56,140 bases of DNA from Macrostomum lignano (GCA_002269645.1 NIVC01002031.1:1-56140); one strand, 5' to 3'; shown: positions 25,321 through 39,300, counted from the first letter of the stretch. Notes: generated by a model not told the origin, from the sequence alone. Numbers and translations are program-made.

Positions 25321-26099
25321 CGCCGCTATATTGGCAATCCATAGCATGAGAGTAGAACTATTCATTCCTCGAGTGCATGCAAAGTGTAAATGGAATTCCC
25401 ATAAAGTCAGCTTGATCCAATTACAGTCTCCTCTCTGTATCACTATGGCAATTTTTATATGTTTAGACGGAATGTGTAGGCACAGCGCAACGCAACACTG
25501 CAAGGTACATTTGAGTCAGTGCAAAGGAGGTGTCACCAATGCATGCAGGTTTATAAAATTGGCAAACAAACAAAACCCGAACACAATTGAATCGACACAC
25601 ACGAACTCAGAATTTGCCCGGAGACCAAACAATTCTTTATATGTTGAATATAGTAAGGCATTGTGGCTCTTCACGCCTCTCTTGGCTTTCAAACTCTGTA
25701 CATCACAGACAGGCAGTTTAGGCTCAGCTCAGTGCGCAGTTTCCGTACACAAGGCAGCGCCCTGCAGCTATTTAAGCGATGCTTTGGTTTTTCATTCATT
25801 TAGCAATCTTCCAAGGTTCCATGCAGCCTTGCGTAAGTCGGGCATGAGTCTGGATTCATGGCCTTCATGCAGTTCTTCACGCACCCGCTTGCTGCGGGGC
25901 ATTTTGAATTGTAGAAATGCCATCATCAGCTTTATTGATTGAATTTCATTCATATTTTGGCTGTGATTCTATCATAAGGTGTTGGCTGGGGTTTGGGCTA
26001 AGCAAATCTTTGCTGATCGCTATATTTGAGCTCTCAAGTCGTATAACCAATCTGTATCTACATCTCACTCATGACTCTCACACCAAATCTTACTCCTCC

Positions 26100-26720
26100 A
26101 TTTGACTCTCTCACACTGCACTTTGAATCTCTCACACTCTCACTTTGAATCTCTCACACTCTCACTTTGAATCTCTCACACTCTCACTTTGAATCTCTCA
26201 CACTCTCACCTCTCACCCTAAATCTCACACCCTCACCCTAAATCTAACACTCTCACCCTAAATCTAACCCCCTCACCCTAAATCTCACAACCTCACCCTA
26301 AATATCACACTCTCACTTTAAATCTCAAAATCTCACCCTGAATCTCACACTATCACCCTAAATCTCACATTCTCAACGTAAATCTCACATTCTCACCCTA
26401 AATCTAACACTCACCCTAAATCTCACATTCTGACCCTAAGTCTCACACTCTCACTTTAACTCTCTCACACTCTCACTTTAACTCTCTCACACTCTCACTT
26501 TAAATATCTCACACTCTCACACTAAATCTCACACTCTCACCCTAAATCTCGCAATCCCACCCTAAATCTCACAATCTCACCCTAAATCTCACACTCATTT
26601 TAAATCTCACCCATAATATCAATCTATCGCACGCTCAATCTCACTCTCCGACTCTCAAATCCCACTCTACTTCTCACTCCCCCAACAAATCCCACTCTAC
26701 TTCTCACTCCCCCAACAAAT
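26100..26720. repeat. ~20-bp CTCACCCTAAATCTCACACT degenerate minisatellite
   Basis: Directly visible. Confidence 0.85.
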
Positions 26721-27124
26721 CTCGCTCTGAATTTCACTCAAATCTTACCCTACACAGTCATTCTTACTATATTAAATCAACATCCTTTCGCCAAACGGCA
26801 TATTATCAAAGATGTTTTTACCACCAAACGAATGTTCCCTAGAAATTCAATTTGAAAACGAAAATGTGCTAAATAGGGGCCTGCAGTGCGCAAACACAAG
26901 CTGATGCTGCAACTATTATTTATAACTCGAATAGCAATGGAAAAGCCAAAGTTTTTTACCTACACTATAATTATCTAGAAACATGACTCACCTATCTCAG
27001 TTAGCACCTTTCACCTGTTCTGTCAGTCAGCTTACTGATATCATTGATTCCTTTTGCTTTAACTAACCTTTTTGTAAGTCCCAGTTTTATTAGAAAACAA
27101 TGCTGCTGCCTCAGGCTTTGATTT

Positions 27125-28080
27125 TAATGGGGGTGAGACTGGGCTGGGGTGACACTGAAAGAGATGGGTGAGAGTGGGGTGAGACTGGGGTGAGACTGGG
27201 GAGAGACTGGGGGAGAGACTGGGGAGAGACTGGGGGAGAGACTGGGTTGAGAAATGGGGAGAGACTGGGTTGAGAAATGGGGAGAGACTGGGGTGAGAAA
27301 TGGGGGAGAGACTGGGGAGAGAATGGGGGAGAGTGGGGGAGAGACTGGGGAGAGACTGGGGTGAGACTGGGGTGAGACTGGGGAGAGACTGGGGGAGAGA
27401 CTGGGTTGAGAAATGGGGGAGAGACTGGGGTGAGAAATGAAGGAGAGACTAGGGTGAGAATGGGGGAGAGTGGGGGAGAGACTGGGGAGAGACTGGGAAG
27501 AGACTGGGAAGAGACTGGGGTGAGACTGAGGGAGAGACTGTGGCAGAGACTGGGGTGAGACTGGGGTGAGACTGAAGAGAGACAGGGAGAGAATGGGGAA
27601 GAGACTGGGGTGAGACTGGGGGAGAGACTGTGGCAGAGACTGGGGTGAGACTGGGGTGAGACTTGCGCAGAGACTGGGGGAGAGACTGGGGGAGAGACTG
27701 GGGGAGAGACTGGGGGAGAGACTGGGGGAGAGACTGGGAGAGAGACTGGGAGAGACTGGGGGAGAGACTGGGAGAGAGACTGGTAGAGACTGGGAGAGAC
27801 TGGGAGAGACTGGGAGAGACTGGGAGAGAGACTGGGAGAGACTGGGAGAGACTGGGAGAGACTGGGAGAGAGACTGGGAGAGACTGGGAGAGACTGGGAG
27901 AGACTGGGAGAGAGACTGGGAGAGACTGGGAGAGACTGTGGGACAGACTGGGAGAGACTGGGAGAGACTGGGAGAGACTGGGAGAGAGACTGGGAGAGAC
28001 TGTGGGACAGACTGGGAGAGACTGTGGGACAGACTGGGAGAGACTGTGGGACAGACTGGGAGAGACTGGGAGAGACACTG
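27125..28080. repeat. G/A-rich GAGACTGG(G)n repeat
   Basis: Directly visible. Confidence 0.9.
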
Positions 28081-28679
28081 GGGACTTACTGGAGGAGAAG
28101 GAGGTTGATAAGACCTAGATTTCACTTGCCAAAATGTTGCAAGCATCTTGGGGCCCTCACTGCATGTGATCGTCACTCGTCAGCTGCTGTTCATTGCTCA
28201 GCGTCAGCATGATGAATGAGTGAGAGAGACGGAACTGAGCAGTCGCATTGAGTGCCATATCCGGCCACTCAGCGATGGCTGCGGTGAACTCTGAGGGAAT
28301 CGGCGGCAACTCAGCCTCCGGGTTTGTGTCCAGTGAAAACAAAATTAATTGCTGCTATTCAGCAAAGCGGCTGCCAAATGGAGACTGGCATCACACTTTC
28401 AGCTTCCCGATGTTGATCTGCGCAACCTGGCAATTTAGGAGACGCGCAAGCGGTTGCACGGAGACAACACAGGACTGCAGATGTTCAAAATTTATTAATA
28501 CTCTTGACTTAGTTGGGTAGTAATGGCGTCATTACTACTCATTTGATTTGCAATATTTTACGAAATTTTATACGTACATGCGTTGGCTTCTACTTGCGGT
28601 AGTGCAGATAGACATATTTTCGTTTTATTTAAAAGCTTCAATACAATGGCTTTGTTGAGCTCAATTTACAGTACACAGT

Positions 28680-29205
28680 ACTGAGGAGAAAGAGGGGAGG
28701 GGAGAGGCGAGAGGAGAAAGGAGAGAGGAGAGAGGAGAGAGGAGAGAGGATAGAGAAGAGAGGAGCGAGGAGCGAGGAGAGAGGATAGAGAAGAGAGGAG
28801 CGAGGAGCGAGGAGAGAGGAGAGAGTAGAGAGGAGCGAGGAGAGAGAAGAGAGTAGAGAGGAGAGAGGAGAGAGGAGAGAGGAGAGAGTAGAGAGGAGAG
28901 GAGAGAGGAGAGAGGAGCGAGGAGCGAGGAGAGAGTAGAGAGGAGAGGAGAGAGGAGAGAGGAGCGAGGAGCGAGGAGCGAGGAGAGAGAAGAGAGTAGA
29001 GAGGAGAGAGGAGAGAGGAGAGAGGAGAGAGTAGAGAGGAGAGGAGAGAGGAGAGAGGAGCGAGGAGCGAGGAGAGAGGAGCGAGGAGAGAGAAGAGAGT
29101 AGAGAGGAGAGAGGAGAGAGGAGAGAGGAGAGAGTAGAAAGGAGAGAGGAGAGAGGAGAGAGGAGAGAAAATAGAGATTGGAGAAAATAGAGATTGGAGA
29201 GAAGA
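28680..29205. repeat. (GGAGA/GGAGCGA)n purine-rich repeat
   Basis: Directly visible. Confidence 0.9.
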
Positions 29206-29994
29206 GTTGAAGGGGTAGGCCAATTCGGATTAGAATAGCAAAGAATACAAATCCTAACTGATTTCAATCAACAGTGCCACATACTACGAAACACCAATTT
29301 TAAAAAAACATCTATCTCCGCTTTTTATAGTTTTCCTTGTTATAAACATTTATAAATTCATACAAGCATTGTGGTACAGCTGATTCGGTTTGATAATTCC
29401 ACTGAAGTTTGATATACCAGTTTATTAGTTATTTACCATCGGACGGAAATATAGTACATCAAAAGATAAAAATATGTTTTGTACATTACGACCTTCGTAT
29501 ACTCCTATTGTTCGTATTCTTATTCGAAATATCACTGGCTTCTGTTTAAATAGTATACATGTACAAGCGCATTCGTTAAGAAGGGAAATGTGCGTCTTGA
29601 AAAAACGAAGTTCTCTTTTTATTTTTCGATATAAACATCTAAAATATGAATATTTTTAGAAATTATAATATTTATAACATTTTGCCACCACTACGGTGCG
29701 AAAACAAAAATAACACTTCACAGGATGAATATAGTTTGAAGAGGACAATAGTCAGCTGCTCAGCCAATGGAAGGCTTTAGCAGTTGCTGCTACGAGTGTA
29801 GGTATTTTAAACAACATCATGTTTACTGTGCAATCTTAGGTTTAAATGTCTGTAATGTGCATGATTTAGTTCCTAATTATACGCAATAGTATTGTCGTGG
29901 ATAATCCGTGGAATTTCTTTCTAATTTCTTTTATATAAAAAGTTTCAATGCAAACAGAGCAGTTTAGGGCTGTTCAATTCGAAGAAATTTCAGC

Positions 29995-32731
29995 ATGGAT
30001 TCTAAATTTTATTTTAGTATTCTCAGTTATCTGTTGGCATTGAATCATTTCCTATCGGTAAGATTCTGGAGAACTTTGTCGCTGTGTCTATCTTACTCAA
30101 CAATTCTATAATTTCTCACTACACTTTCAACAGGTAGTGCAAGCAGCCGGCTACCTGCAGATTAAGTTCAACCGGTACACCAATCATGACGGCCGTGTCG
30201 AGGACGGCAGTCTCTGCGATCCGTTCGGTGCCACCTATGTTGGCGATAATTGCGACCCCGTGTTCCGGCTGAGGGTCAACAAGGGGGGAGGAGGAGGGTG
30301 AGTGAGGGTTTTAATCTGCAGTCCATATTTCCTATTGCTGAGATCAGTTCTGCGTGATTACCACGGCCTCATCTCTCTGCAGCGGAAATCTATACGACTA
30401 TCAGCAACCGGGCGTCTATGACAACCAAAACACCATCGACTTTGGATCAAAGTTCGGCAGCGTCCCGAATCCTGTGCCGATCGCGATGAACTTCCCTAAT
30501 CCGGTAAGACTGTACTCATGAGGGAGAGGAGACTGTACTCACGAACCGCTCTCGGAGCCTTGAGTGATTCTTCATTGTGCATCACAATATTCTAATAAAC
30601 TGTTTGCTACCAAATTTCGCAAACCGCTTTAGGGACACGCGTACGTCAAAGTCGATGTAGTGGACAAAGACACGTTTCCACCAGACGACCCGATGAGCAA
30701 ATTCACCGCCTCGCTGCCTCTCATTGCCGACAATGTCAGGAGAGACATGGAGCTGATCAGTCCGGCTCGACATCACCGACTATCCATAACTCACTGGTTC
30801 ACCTGCTACACGAATTTCTACAGACAGGATTGCAACACCTATTGTGTAGCTCAGAACGACGATGTGAATGGTCATTATACCTGCGACTCGAATGGCAGAA
30901 AAGTGTGCATGATTGGTAAGAGCATCTGGTGATGGCTTGTTTTATTAAACCAAGCAGTAATGCATGACGGAATCGTTTAATCAGAGACTTGCTTGTAACA
31001 AATGAACTGCAGGTTGGACGGGAGCCGACTGTACTCAGCCGGACCCCTGCATCCCGAGTCCGTGTCTCAACGGAGCTACTTGCTCCAATGTCGGAGGAGT
31101 CGCCAGCTGCTCCTGTCCGTCGGGCTTCACTGGTAGCCGATGCGAGACCGATATCGACGAGTGTAAGGCCGTCGAATCGCCCTGTCTGAACAACGCTACA
31201 TGTGAGAACACGATTGGCAGTTTCCGCTGCAAGTGCTCACTCAGCTTCACTGGCGAACGCTGTGAGACCGACGTGAACGAGTGCGAGAGCAAGACGTCAG
31301 TGTGCCTAAACAACAGCACCTGTGAAAATACGTTCGGCGGCTTCAACTGCAGCTGTCCGCCGGGTCTGACTGGGCACCGGTGCGAGCTCGATGTGGACGA
31401 GTGTGCAAACGGGACATCAGCTTGTGCGAACGGTGGTACCTGCGTGAATGTGTTTGGTAATTACACCTGCCAGTGCGACTCTGGATTCACTGGCACACTT
31501 TGCGAAGAAGACGTCGACGAGTGCACAGAGTCGCCATGCGTGAACGGAGGAACATGCGAAAATCGATTCGGAAGCTTCGAGTGCATCTGTCCTTCTGGAT
31601 TTGCTGGAAGAGTGTGTGACAAAGACGAGGACGAGTGCTTGAGGAGTCCTTGCTCGAATGGCGGTAGCTGTGTGAACACCATCGGAAACTTTACTTGTCA
31701 GTGTCCTCCGGGTTTTGAGGGTAGATTCTGCGATGAAGACGTCGACGAATGCCTAATGGCACCTTGCTTCAATGAGAGCACCTGCGTAAACACTATCGGA
31801 AACTTCACCTGTCAGTGCCCCCCGGGATTCGAAGGCAGACTCTGCGATAAAGACGTCGATGAGTGTTCGGAGTCTCCGCCAAAGTGTCGCAACGGCGGAA
31901 ACTGCACGAACACGGTTGGGAGCTTCCGTTGTACCTGCCCGACTGGATTGAACGGAACTCACTGCGAGCAGGACATCGACGAGTGCAAGCTGGCCGCCCC
32001 GCCGTGTCGAAACAACGGAAGCTGTCAGAACAGTTTTGGCGGATTTTCCTGCCGTTGCGGACCAGCGTTTAGAGGCAGACACTGTGAGATTCGCTCTGAG
32101 GCCTCGGTTGGGTCTCCGACTGGTGAAGTCTGGAAGCTTCCTGTTTTCATCGGAATTCCAGTTGCAGCACTCGCCGTTGTCTCCATTGTCATCGTCGTTA
32201 TCTGTAAAAGGAAATCGAGGTAAGAGACGACGAGCTGCAATATCAATTTGGCGAATTGAATTCAACATAAATCTAACCCTGCAGAATGCAATTTATAGCC
32301 TGACATTAAAACGCCATTCCAGTCGCAGAAGCTGCAGTGGTAGCGGGAGCGTCAGAAGCACTGATGCTGCAAGCAATGATTATTATAACACTCATGTCGA
32401 ATTCGGGTAGGTTCAAAAATCTGGTAGTTTCCTCTTCATCAAGTATGGTGGATAGCAAATGTATTGCGCTAAACCATAACTGATCTTCCTTGTTCTTGTC
32501 TGCAGCTCGACTGAAGAGCCAACTAAAGATCCAACTGAAGACCCAACTGAAGACCCAACTGAAGACCCAACTGAAGACCCAACTGAAGACCCAACTGAAG
32601 ACCCAACTGAAGACCCAACTGAAGACCCAACTGAAGACCCAACTGAAGACCCAACTGAAGACGACTACACCATCGCAGACAAAGCGGAGACACTTGAAAA
32701 TGACTATTCAACTATAACCCTATACGAGTAG
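29995..32731 (+). CDS. DSL-family (Delta-like) paralog A: signal peptide, C2/MNNL, DSL, 9 EGF, TM, tail with (TEDP)n
   Basis: Exons 29995-30057, 30134-30297, 30383-30503, 30633-30915, 31013-32219, 32323-32406, 32506-32731, all GT-AG and in phase. DSL: [47 protein letters not shown]2-9 have the Ca-binding DxD/NEC motif. TM: LPVFIGIPVAALAVVSIVIVVIC. Confidence 0.88.
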
Positions 32732-34508
32732 ACTAGTGCCGACTTATATTTATCATTATGTCCATTTGTCACCCAGAACTAAAGTTGTGAAGAAGTTGAG
32801 CGTCTGTTTCGTCTTTTTGTTAGTAGTTTTCTGCGCAGTGTCACTTAAATTTAATGTGGCAACTCAATTACTCAAATTTCTTTTCTTTCTTCGCGGGTTT
32901 TAGCCTCAAGATGGGATGCTACCGTACCAACCCCCTATCTTCATAACCCCTAAAGCACTGGATGTGACATCACCTGATCTTCACAAGCCCTATATATCAT
33001 AACCCTTAATTTTTACAACCCATAAATTTCATAAACCCGAAAGATCATTACTGCAAAATTTCAGAGCAAGCATTTTCGATTCCCCTAATCTTAACTTTTC
33101 TTAAATTTCACATTCATCGTGAGCTATGATATTTCAGGGTTTATAAAATTTGGGGCTTGTGTGGCCCCTCAACGAAGCGATTTGAAATTTTACCTTTGCA
33201 GTAGCAATCGCAATCGAAATATAGTTACCAGATACCTAAGCTAAAGAAATGACAGCTAAGATTGCACTTTGCCTGTGAGAGTATGAGGCTGAAGTCTTAG
33301 GTGCTAGCTATGTATCTATCTTCATCAATTTTGTCTTTAAATTATTTTTGTTCATAATGCTCCTCATTTTATCCGGCATGTAAATATTCATATTTTTGCT
33401 TTGTAATATTCAGATATAAAAATCAGCCTTACCTTCTTCTGCACGGTACTTCTGTACGGCTCTGTAAATACATGTTTGTGGCGGCCACAGAGACGGACGC
33501 GTCATTTGTCTATGGCCACTTCTGATTTGTGCGCCTCTCCTTACAGTTGAGGAGCCCACGGGCTGTGAGAAATAAACTAGAAAAAAATAAATAAGAGATA
33601 TTTCTACGAGGCAATTGTGCCGTCATGGTGCCACAATGCAGTCAAACAAAATCGACACACATACAGTACCAGTGTATAGTCCTTGGGAATGGTTCAAGAT
33701 GCCAAAATCATTGGATGCGGCCAGTCTAGAAGGTAATTTGAATTGGGCACTGGCACCTACGCTAGTGTCATTAAAGGGGTGCCCAAATGTCAGTCTAACC
33801 CGAGAGGGTCAGCCAAAATTTCTCTGCAAAGAAACATTCGCATTGCCGAAGAAATCACATATACCTGGATGGTGATGGATGATTAATAAGTTGAACTCTA
33901 TGGCACATCCAATCAGTGCAAATCATCATTGTGAGGTTTTGGGACATTGTCTTTAGCTTTAATGTACAGCTAGCTATACATATATTGACAATGTTACCTC
34001 GGTATGCTTTGAGCAAAAAGACCAAAGCAGACGATAGAAAGGCAGGTGAATGTGGACAAGAGTTTCCGTCAGAATTAAAAATAGTGCTGCTATTAAAAAG
34101 GGTAAGGAATCTCTAAGATGATTGCAACAAAAAACAGTGTAAATGTAACGCAAAATGAGAAAATCTAACGCGGGGCTTACGCTGCCGAGTTTCTCGTAAA
34201 CTGCAAATGAAGAGTAACTACTTTTTTACTAAGGCAGCGGCCCAAAATATGTGGTTGTGCCGAAGTGAGATTGGTAAAAGATTAAAACGGCATCATAATA
34301 TTTTTGCTCATAACATTCTTGTTTATTCCCATTCAGCCGTCAATAATTCACTTACTCGCATTCTTTCTGCGGTAAAACACAACGGTAGCAATTAAAATAA
34401 CTAGCGATACTAACGTTATTAAAACTGTGCCTTTTAGGATAGTATTCATCGCTCATCCTGAGATCCCGTCTGCACACTCGTCCACATCGAGCTCGCACCG
34501 GTGCCCAG

Positions 34509-35891
34509 TCAGACCCGGCGGACAGCTGCAGTTGAAGCCGCCGAACGTATTTTTACAGGTGCCGTTGTTGACGTCTCGCTCTCGCACTCGTTCACATCGG
34601 TCTCACAGCGGTCGCCAGTGAAGCCGAGTGAGCACTTGCAGTGGAAACTGCCAATCGTGTTCTCACACGTAGCGTTGTTCAGACAGGGCGAGTCGACGGC
34701 CTTGCACTCGTCGATATCGGTCTCGCATCGGCTACCAGTGAAGCTCGACGGACAAGTGCAGCTGGCGACTCCTCCGACATTGGAGCAGGTGGCTCCGTTG
34801 AGACACGGACTCGGGATGCAGGGGTCCGGCTGAGTACAGTCGACTCCCGTCCAACCTGCAGTTCATTTATTTTAGGATTTTTGATTATTAAGGCTGTGTA
34901 CGTTTAATTTGATTTTAGATTCCTATTTTAGTCACGTGAGGTTTGTGATCCAAGGAAAGCTACATAGTAGTTAATGGTCATTCGGTCACGGAACATGTGA
35001 TTGGTATTGCCTACCATTCATAGATTTTAATTTCTTTCGATTGCTTACCTGTCAGGCAAACCTTGGCTCCCTCCGAGCTGCAGTTGTAGTGGCCCTTGAC
35101 TTTGTCATCCTGAGTTACACAGAGCGTGTTGCAGTCAAGTCCGTAGTAGTTTGCATTGCAGTTGTACCAGTACTCCAGAGACAGTTTGTGCTTCGTTGGC
35201 TTTCTGACCAATTTGAGTTTTCTCTTGACTTTGTCGGCTCGAGCCACTAGGGCCGCTGAGAAGGAGTCTATCGGATCGTCCGACGTAACTGGATCCTTGT
35301 CGACCACTGACACCTCAATGTGAATGTATCCCTGCATGAAATTTAGTATTCGTTGCGCGTTCTGTTTCAGGTGCTATCGCGATGAAACTTGTAAGTCAGT
35401 AATTCAGACCTGGCTCATATTACCCTAGATTCAAGTCAAGAAATACTCGTAGTTTTCACTGTCTTGTAGCCATGTACATCTTACGTGGTTCTCAAAGTTC
35501 ATCGCAATAATCACGGGGTTGCTGATCTCTCCGAATTTGCTACCGAAAATGATCGTTTCACTGTCCCAGTACTGATCACGCTGTTGATAGTCGAACAGGT
35601 TATTTCTGCGCGACGCAGTGGGTATTGAGAGCAACGAGCTGGTTGAGCAATGAAGTTGAAGTTTTCACATGAATATACATGGTTAAATGCTGCTCAGAGA
35701 ATTCACCCTCCCGACACGAATCGATCCGCCACGAGTCGGAACTTCGGGTCGCATTTGTTAAAGTGATCGCAGCTGCTCCCGTCCTGACACCGGCTGTCAT
35801 CGTTGATGTAGGACAGAAACCGCAGCGTCATGTAGCCGTTGCCGTTGGCTACCCCTACGCCAGCTAGCAACAGGAGCAGCGAGAGATTCAT
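34509..35891 (-). pseudogene. DSL-family paralog B, truncated: signal peptide, C2, DSL, 2 EGF, then a frameshift (pseudogene or secreted form)
   Basis: Exons (minus): 35891-35707, 35605-35485, 35331-35049, 34855 onward. A 10-nt deletion in EGF3 (~34570) gives ...[20 protein letters not shown] with the stop at 34511-34509. EGF homology ends ~34450 and no TM exon was found. Confidence 0.8.
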
Positions 35892-36399
35892 AGTGGAGAA
35901 TTATTTTTCGATTACTTTCTATACTAAGAATTTATGCAACTTTTTTCGCTTCAGTCCTGGAGAAGTGGCTTCAGCCTATTTCAACACTTTAGGTGTTAAT
36001 ATTGGCAGATTTTTCTGCTTAACTTAAAAAATTTTCGCTTTTTTATTTCTGTTAATTTCAACTGTGCTTCGCATTGCTTAAATTGGCACTGAAATTTCGT
36101 TTGTAGCCGTTTCAAATTTTCAAAATCATGTCTAATAATCGTCGGCAGACAGCGATATTCAGATTGATCGATAATTTCTGCCTGCTATTTCTGTATTTAT
36201 AAGCTTCAATTTTAGATTTCGTACTAGCAATCAGCGACCGCTGTTGGGGAGCCAACAAAGAATGAAATAATTTTTTCCAATAAAATGCATGTTGTTTCTG
36301 ACCTCCCGGTCTTGACATCTCAGCGTACGAATATACTTAGGGATTTAATTTTCATATAAAGATTCAGTCATAATTTGAAGGCTTGGATGGTGAGGCCTT

Positions 36400-39300
36400 C
36401 ACAATGTACACATACTGAGCGAGACTAATTTTCTTGGTAATTTAAAATCTTGGTAAAAAATCTGCCGATGTCAAGCTCCACAATCAGTAAATTATTTAAT
36501 TAGCATTAATTGCATGGCGAAAGGTCTAAACAAGTCATGATTTTTATCCAAGGACCATTGATATTTTAAGCTAGGGTCGTTGCACTATTACATGCATGTT
36601 ATGTATAGTGTATTATATAATTTTTGTGACAGTTTATTGTATAAATTCGTGTGCATAGCCTAGAATTGGAAACAATTTATAGTGTTAAATAAATAGAAAG
36701 TAAGTTACACATAGTAATAGAAAAGTATAACTAAAAAACAGTAAGAAATACAGATAGGCGACAAATTTATGTCTTTTCAAATTGTAGAAAAAAATTTTAG
36801 TTCTTGGTGTAGCCACAGTTGGAGTAAAGCCGAGAGAAAATTTGTGGCAGAATGTCCATAGACTATTTCGTGCCATGAGAGTCTAAAACACTGCATGACA
36901 TGAGAAGCCTTGCTGTGAAGTTTCAGGGGTTGGTTTGTCTATGACCAGACCTCAAAATAGAGAGCTCCAACTGTAACCTCACCAAAAATTAAACAAAAAC
37001 CTGAATTTGTCCCCCATTTGTCAAAACAAGAATTTTGGTGCACCAATCGGTTTTAAAGTAACTCGGATATTATTGCACCTTCAACAGAACTGCTTACAGC
37101 ACAGTAGCCCATTTTACAGATGCCGCGAGCTGTACACCGTGATGCACCTGAGCAAACGCCGAGCATACTCCGGATGAGTTGCATCCACCTTGAACCGTTG
37201 ACTCCACATGTCGCTGAAGTCGCGATGTGCCGACTCCATCGCCTGCTCAGACCAAAACCCAAGGCCTCGGCGACACCCATATTGTACTGCCATCGCTTCC
37301 AAAAACTGCGGCACGTGGTCAATGAGGGCATGGGCCTTCGGAGTGATGTTGATGGCCAGAGCGTGGTATGCCGCCTCGAACTCTTTGACTGCTGTATCGT
37401 AGCCTTCAAGCAGTTGTTGGCCGAAGCACTTCTGCTGGACAGCTCGCAGGCAGCTGAATGCATGGGCGACAGGCACTCCGCTGAAGGCAGCGTGGTCAGC
37501 GAGGATCTGGCGCAGGCTGTCGACTCCACCAAGCAGTCGGTCGCACTCATTGCCATTGAACTGGCTGCCATGATACGGTGAGCGCCGTACATGAAGAGCC
37601 TCAGCCCACTGTGCAGCACGGACTCCGTCGGGACCCAATGCTGTCAGGCGCTGCTCAAGCTCGTCGTACAGCCTGTTGACAAGGCCTAGCAGCAGGTGGA
37701 GCTCCATGGGTGGCACGGCTTCTAGCGTGTTTGAACTGTCTGGCCAATTCAGCAGTGGTTGCCTGATGCAGTTGTAGAATGGCTCTCCTGATGGCTTTGA
37801 GCTTCGTTGCCCCTCGATGCGCTGATACTGAGCAGCTTGGCTGCGAATAGAGCCGAAAGTCCGCAATCTGACACTGCGATGGGGATTGGCGAACTCTTTT
37901 CGAGGCGTCTCGCACCACGGGCAGGGATGGGCGCTGCTGGCGCTCTGCAGTCCAAGAAGCACATTTGCAAGTTTCATGTCCACGGAGCTGCAGAAAGACA
38001 CGTCTTCTAGGTTCAGCAGATTGAGCACAGTTCGCACGTTCTCATAGTACTCCGGTACTTTTTCAACTGCTGCGATAATTATTAGCTTCTTTACACCACC
38101 TTCGGCAAAAGGGCTGCTGCCGGCCTCGGTGACACCGCCTAGTAGAACAGATGACTGCTCCCCGGACCGGACCAATGTCATGCAAACTTTAAAAAAGCCG
38201 CGTCCTCCATCAATACCAATCTTAAGCAGGAAGCTGCCAGGATCAGGATCCATTCTCCGCCGTGCCAGCACGTAGCCCACCAAGGCAGAGACGTTGGAGC
38301 AGAACACAACAGTCCGCGTTTCAAATTCGCCCGTGCTGCAACGGACCTGGACTGACTCTGTTGCATAAAATGGATCCAACTCGCTATTCAATTCTGCCAG
38401 GCGATGCAGGAGGTTTGGCTCGATCGAACTGCGACCCTTCCACTCACGGAAGAACTGGGCCGCCTGTCTGGTTTGCCGACCACTCAAACCGATCGCATCC
38501 TGCATCCTGGCAATCTCACTAGCCGGCACTGCTATGTCACCAAATGCACCCGCGGAGCACCTGCTACTCTGAGCGGACACGCTTAGCGTGATTGGGCGGC
38601 CTCGAGTTGCCAGCCGAATAGGCGAATCGCCACCTGCGTCTGTTAACTTGGCTTTGAGGACGTCACTAACATGAATTTCTGAACCACGCGGATCACGTGA
38701 CAGCTCAGAGCAGATGTTATTTAGCCAGCGAGATTGCGTACAGGCGTGGCTAAGACCCCTGCCAATGGTGGAGTGACATCTCTGGCAGATTGTGATGGGA
38801 CGAGCAGGTGGCACCTCCTTGTTTGGCGAATCGGTTTTCGGTCTGCCAAGGCGATGCGGCTCCGGCTTCCAGGTGCCGAGTCCTTTGCCGATTGGACTTT
38901 CTCTGGCAATCTCACAGAGACAGCAGCTGCACTTCGGGTGGCCCCTTGTTTCCTTTGTCGGTACGACTTTTGAAAAATCAAAAGGGGCAGGAAGAGCTTC
39001 AGAAGTTCGATTCCCCCGTTCAATATCCAGCAGCAGACCCTGGCATCGAGCACATAGAGCAGCTGGGAGAAACTCGTTCTTCAAATCGTAGTTTGCATAA
39101 AAGTACCGCTGTATGCGAGGTAGAGCTGCTTTGCCAATGCGCTGCATGCCTGACCCGCGCTTAAAGCACACAAGGCAGACCTTCAGCCGGTTCTCTTCGT
39201 GAGATTTTGAGTAGTTTGGCATGGTGGTGTTCAGTTCAAGGCTTTTCAATTCCTAAATGCTGAGATGAGCTGATTTATGCTAAATTAATCATTTATATAG

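Noticed and set aside
28090-28426. Exon-like minus-strand segment (CCAG acceptor, GTAAGT donor; 61-aa ORF 28157-28342)
   Set aside because: All three frames contain stops and I recognise no motif. It could be non-coding or UTR sequence but cannot be supported.
29895-29920. GTGGATAATCCGTGGAATTTC shared upstream of paralogs A and D as a Su(H)/CSL site
   Set aside because: It does not match the YGTGRGAA consensus and is explained by the A/D duplication.
33430-33560. Possible downstream exon of paralog B (CACAG...GAAG|GTAAG on minus)
   Set aside because: The translation shows no similarity to the TM or tail exons of the other paralogs, and no upstream donor links to it.
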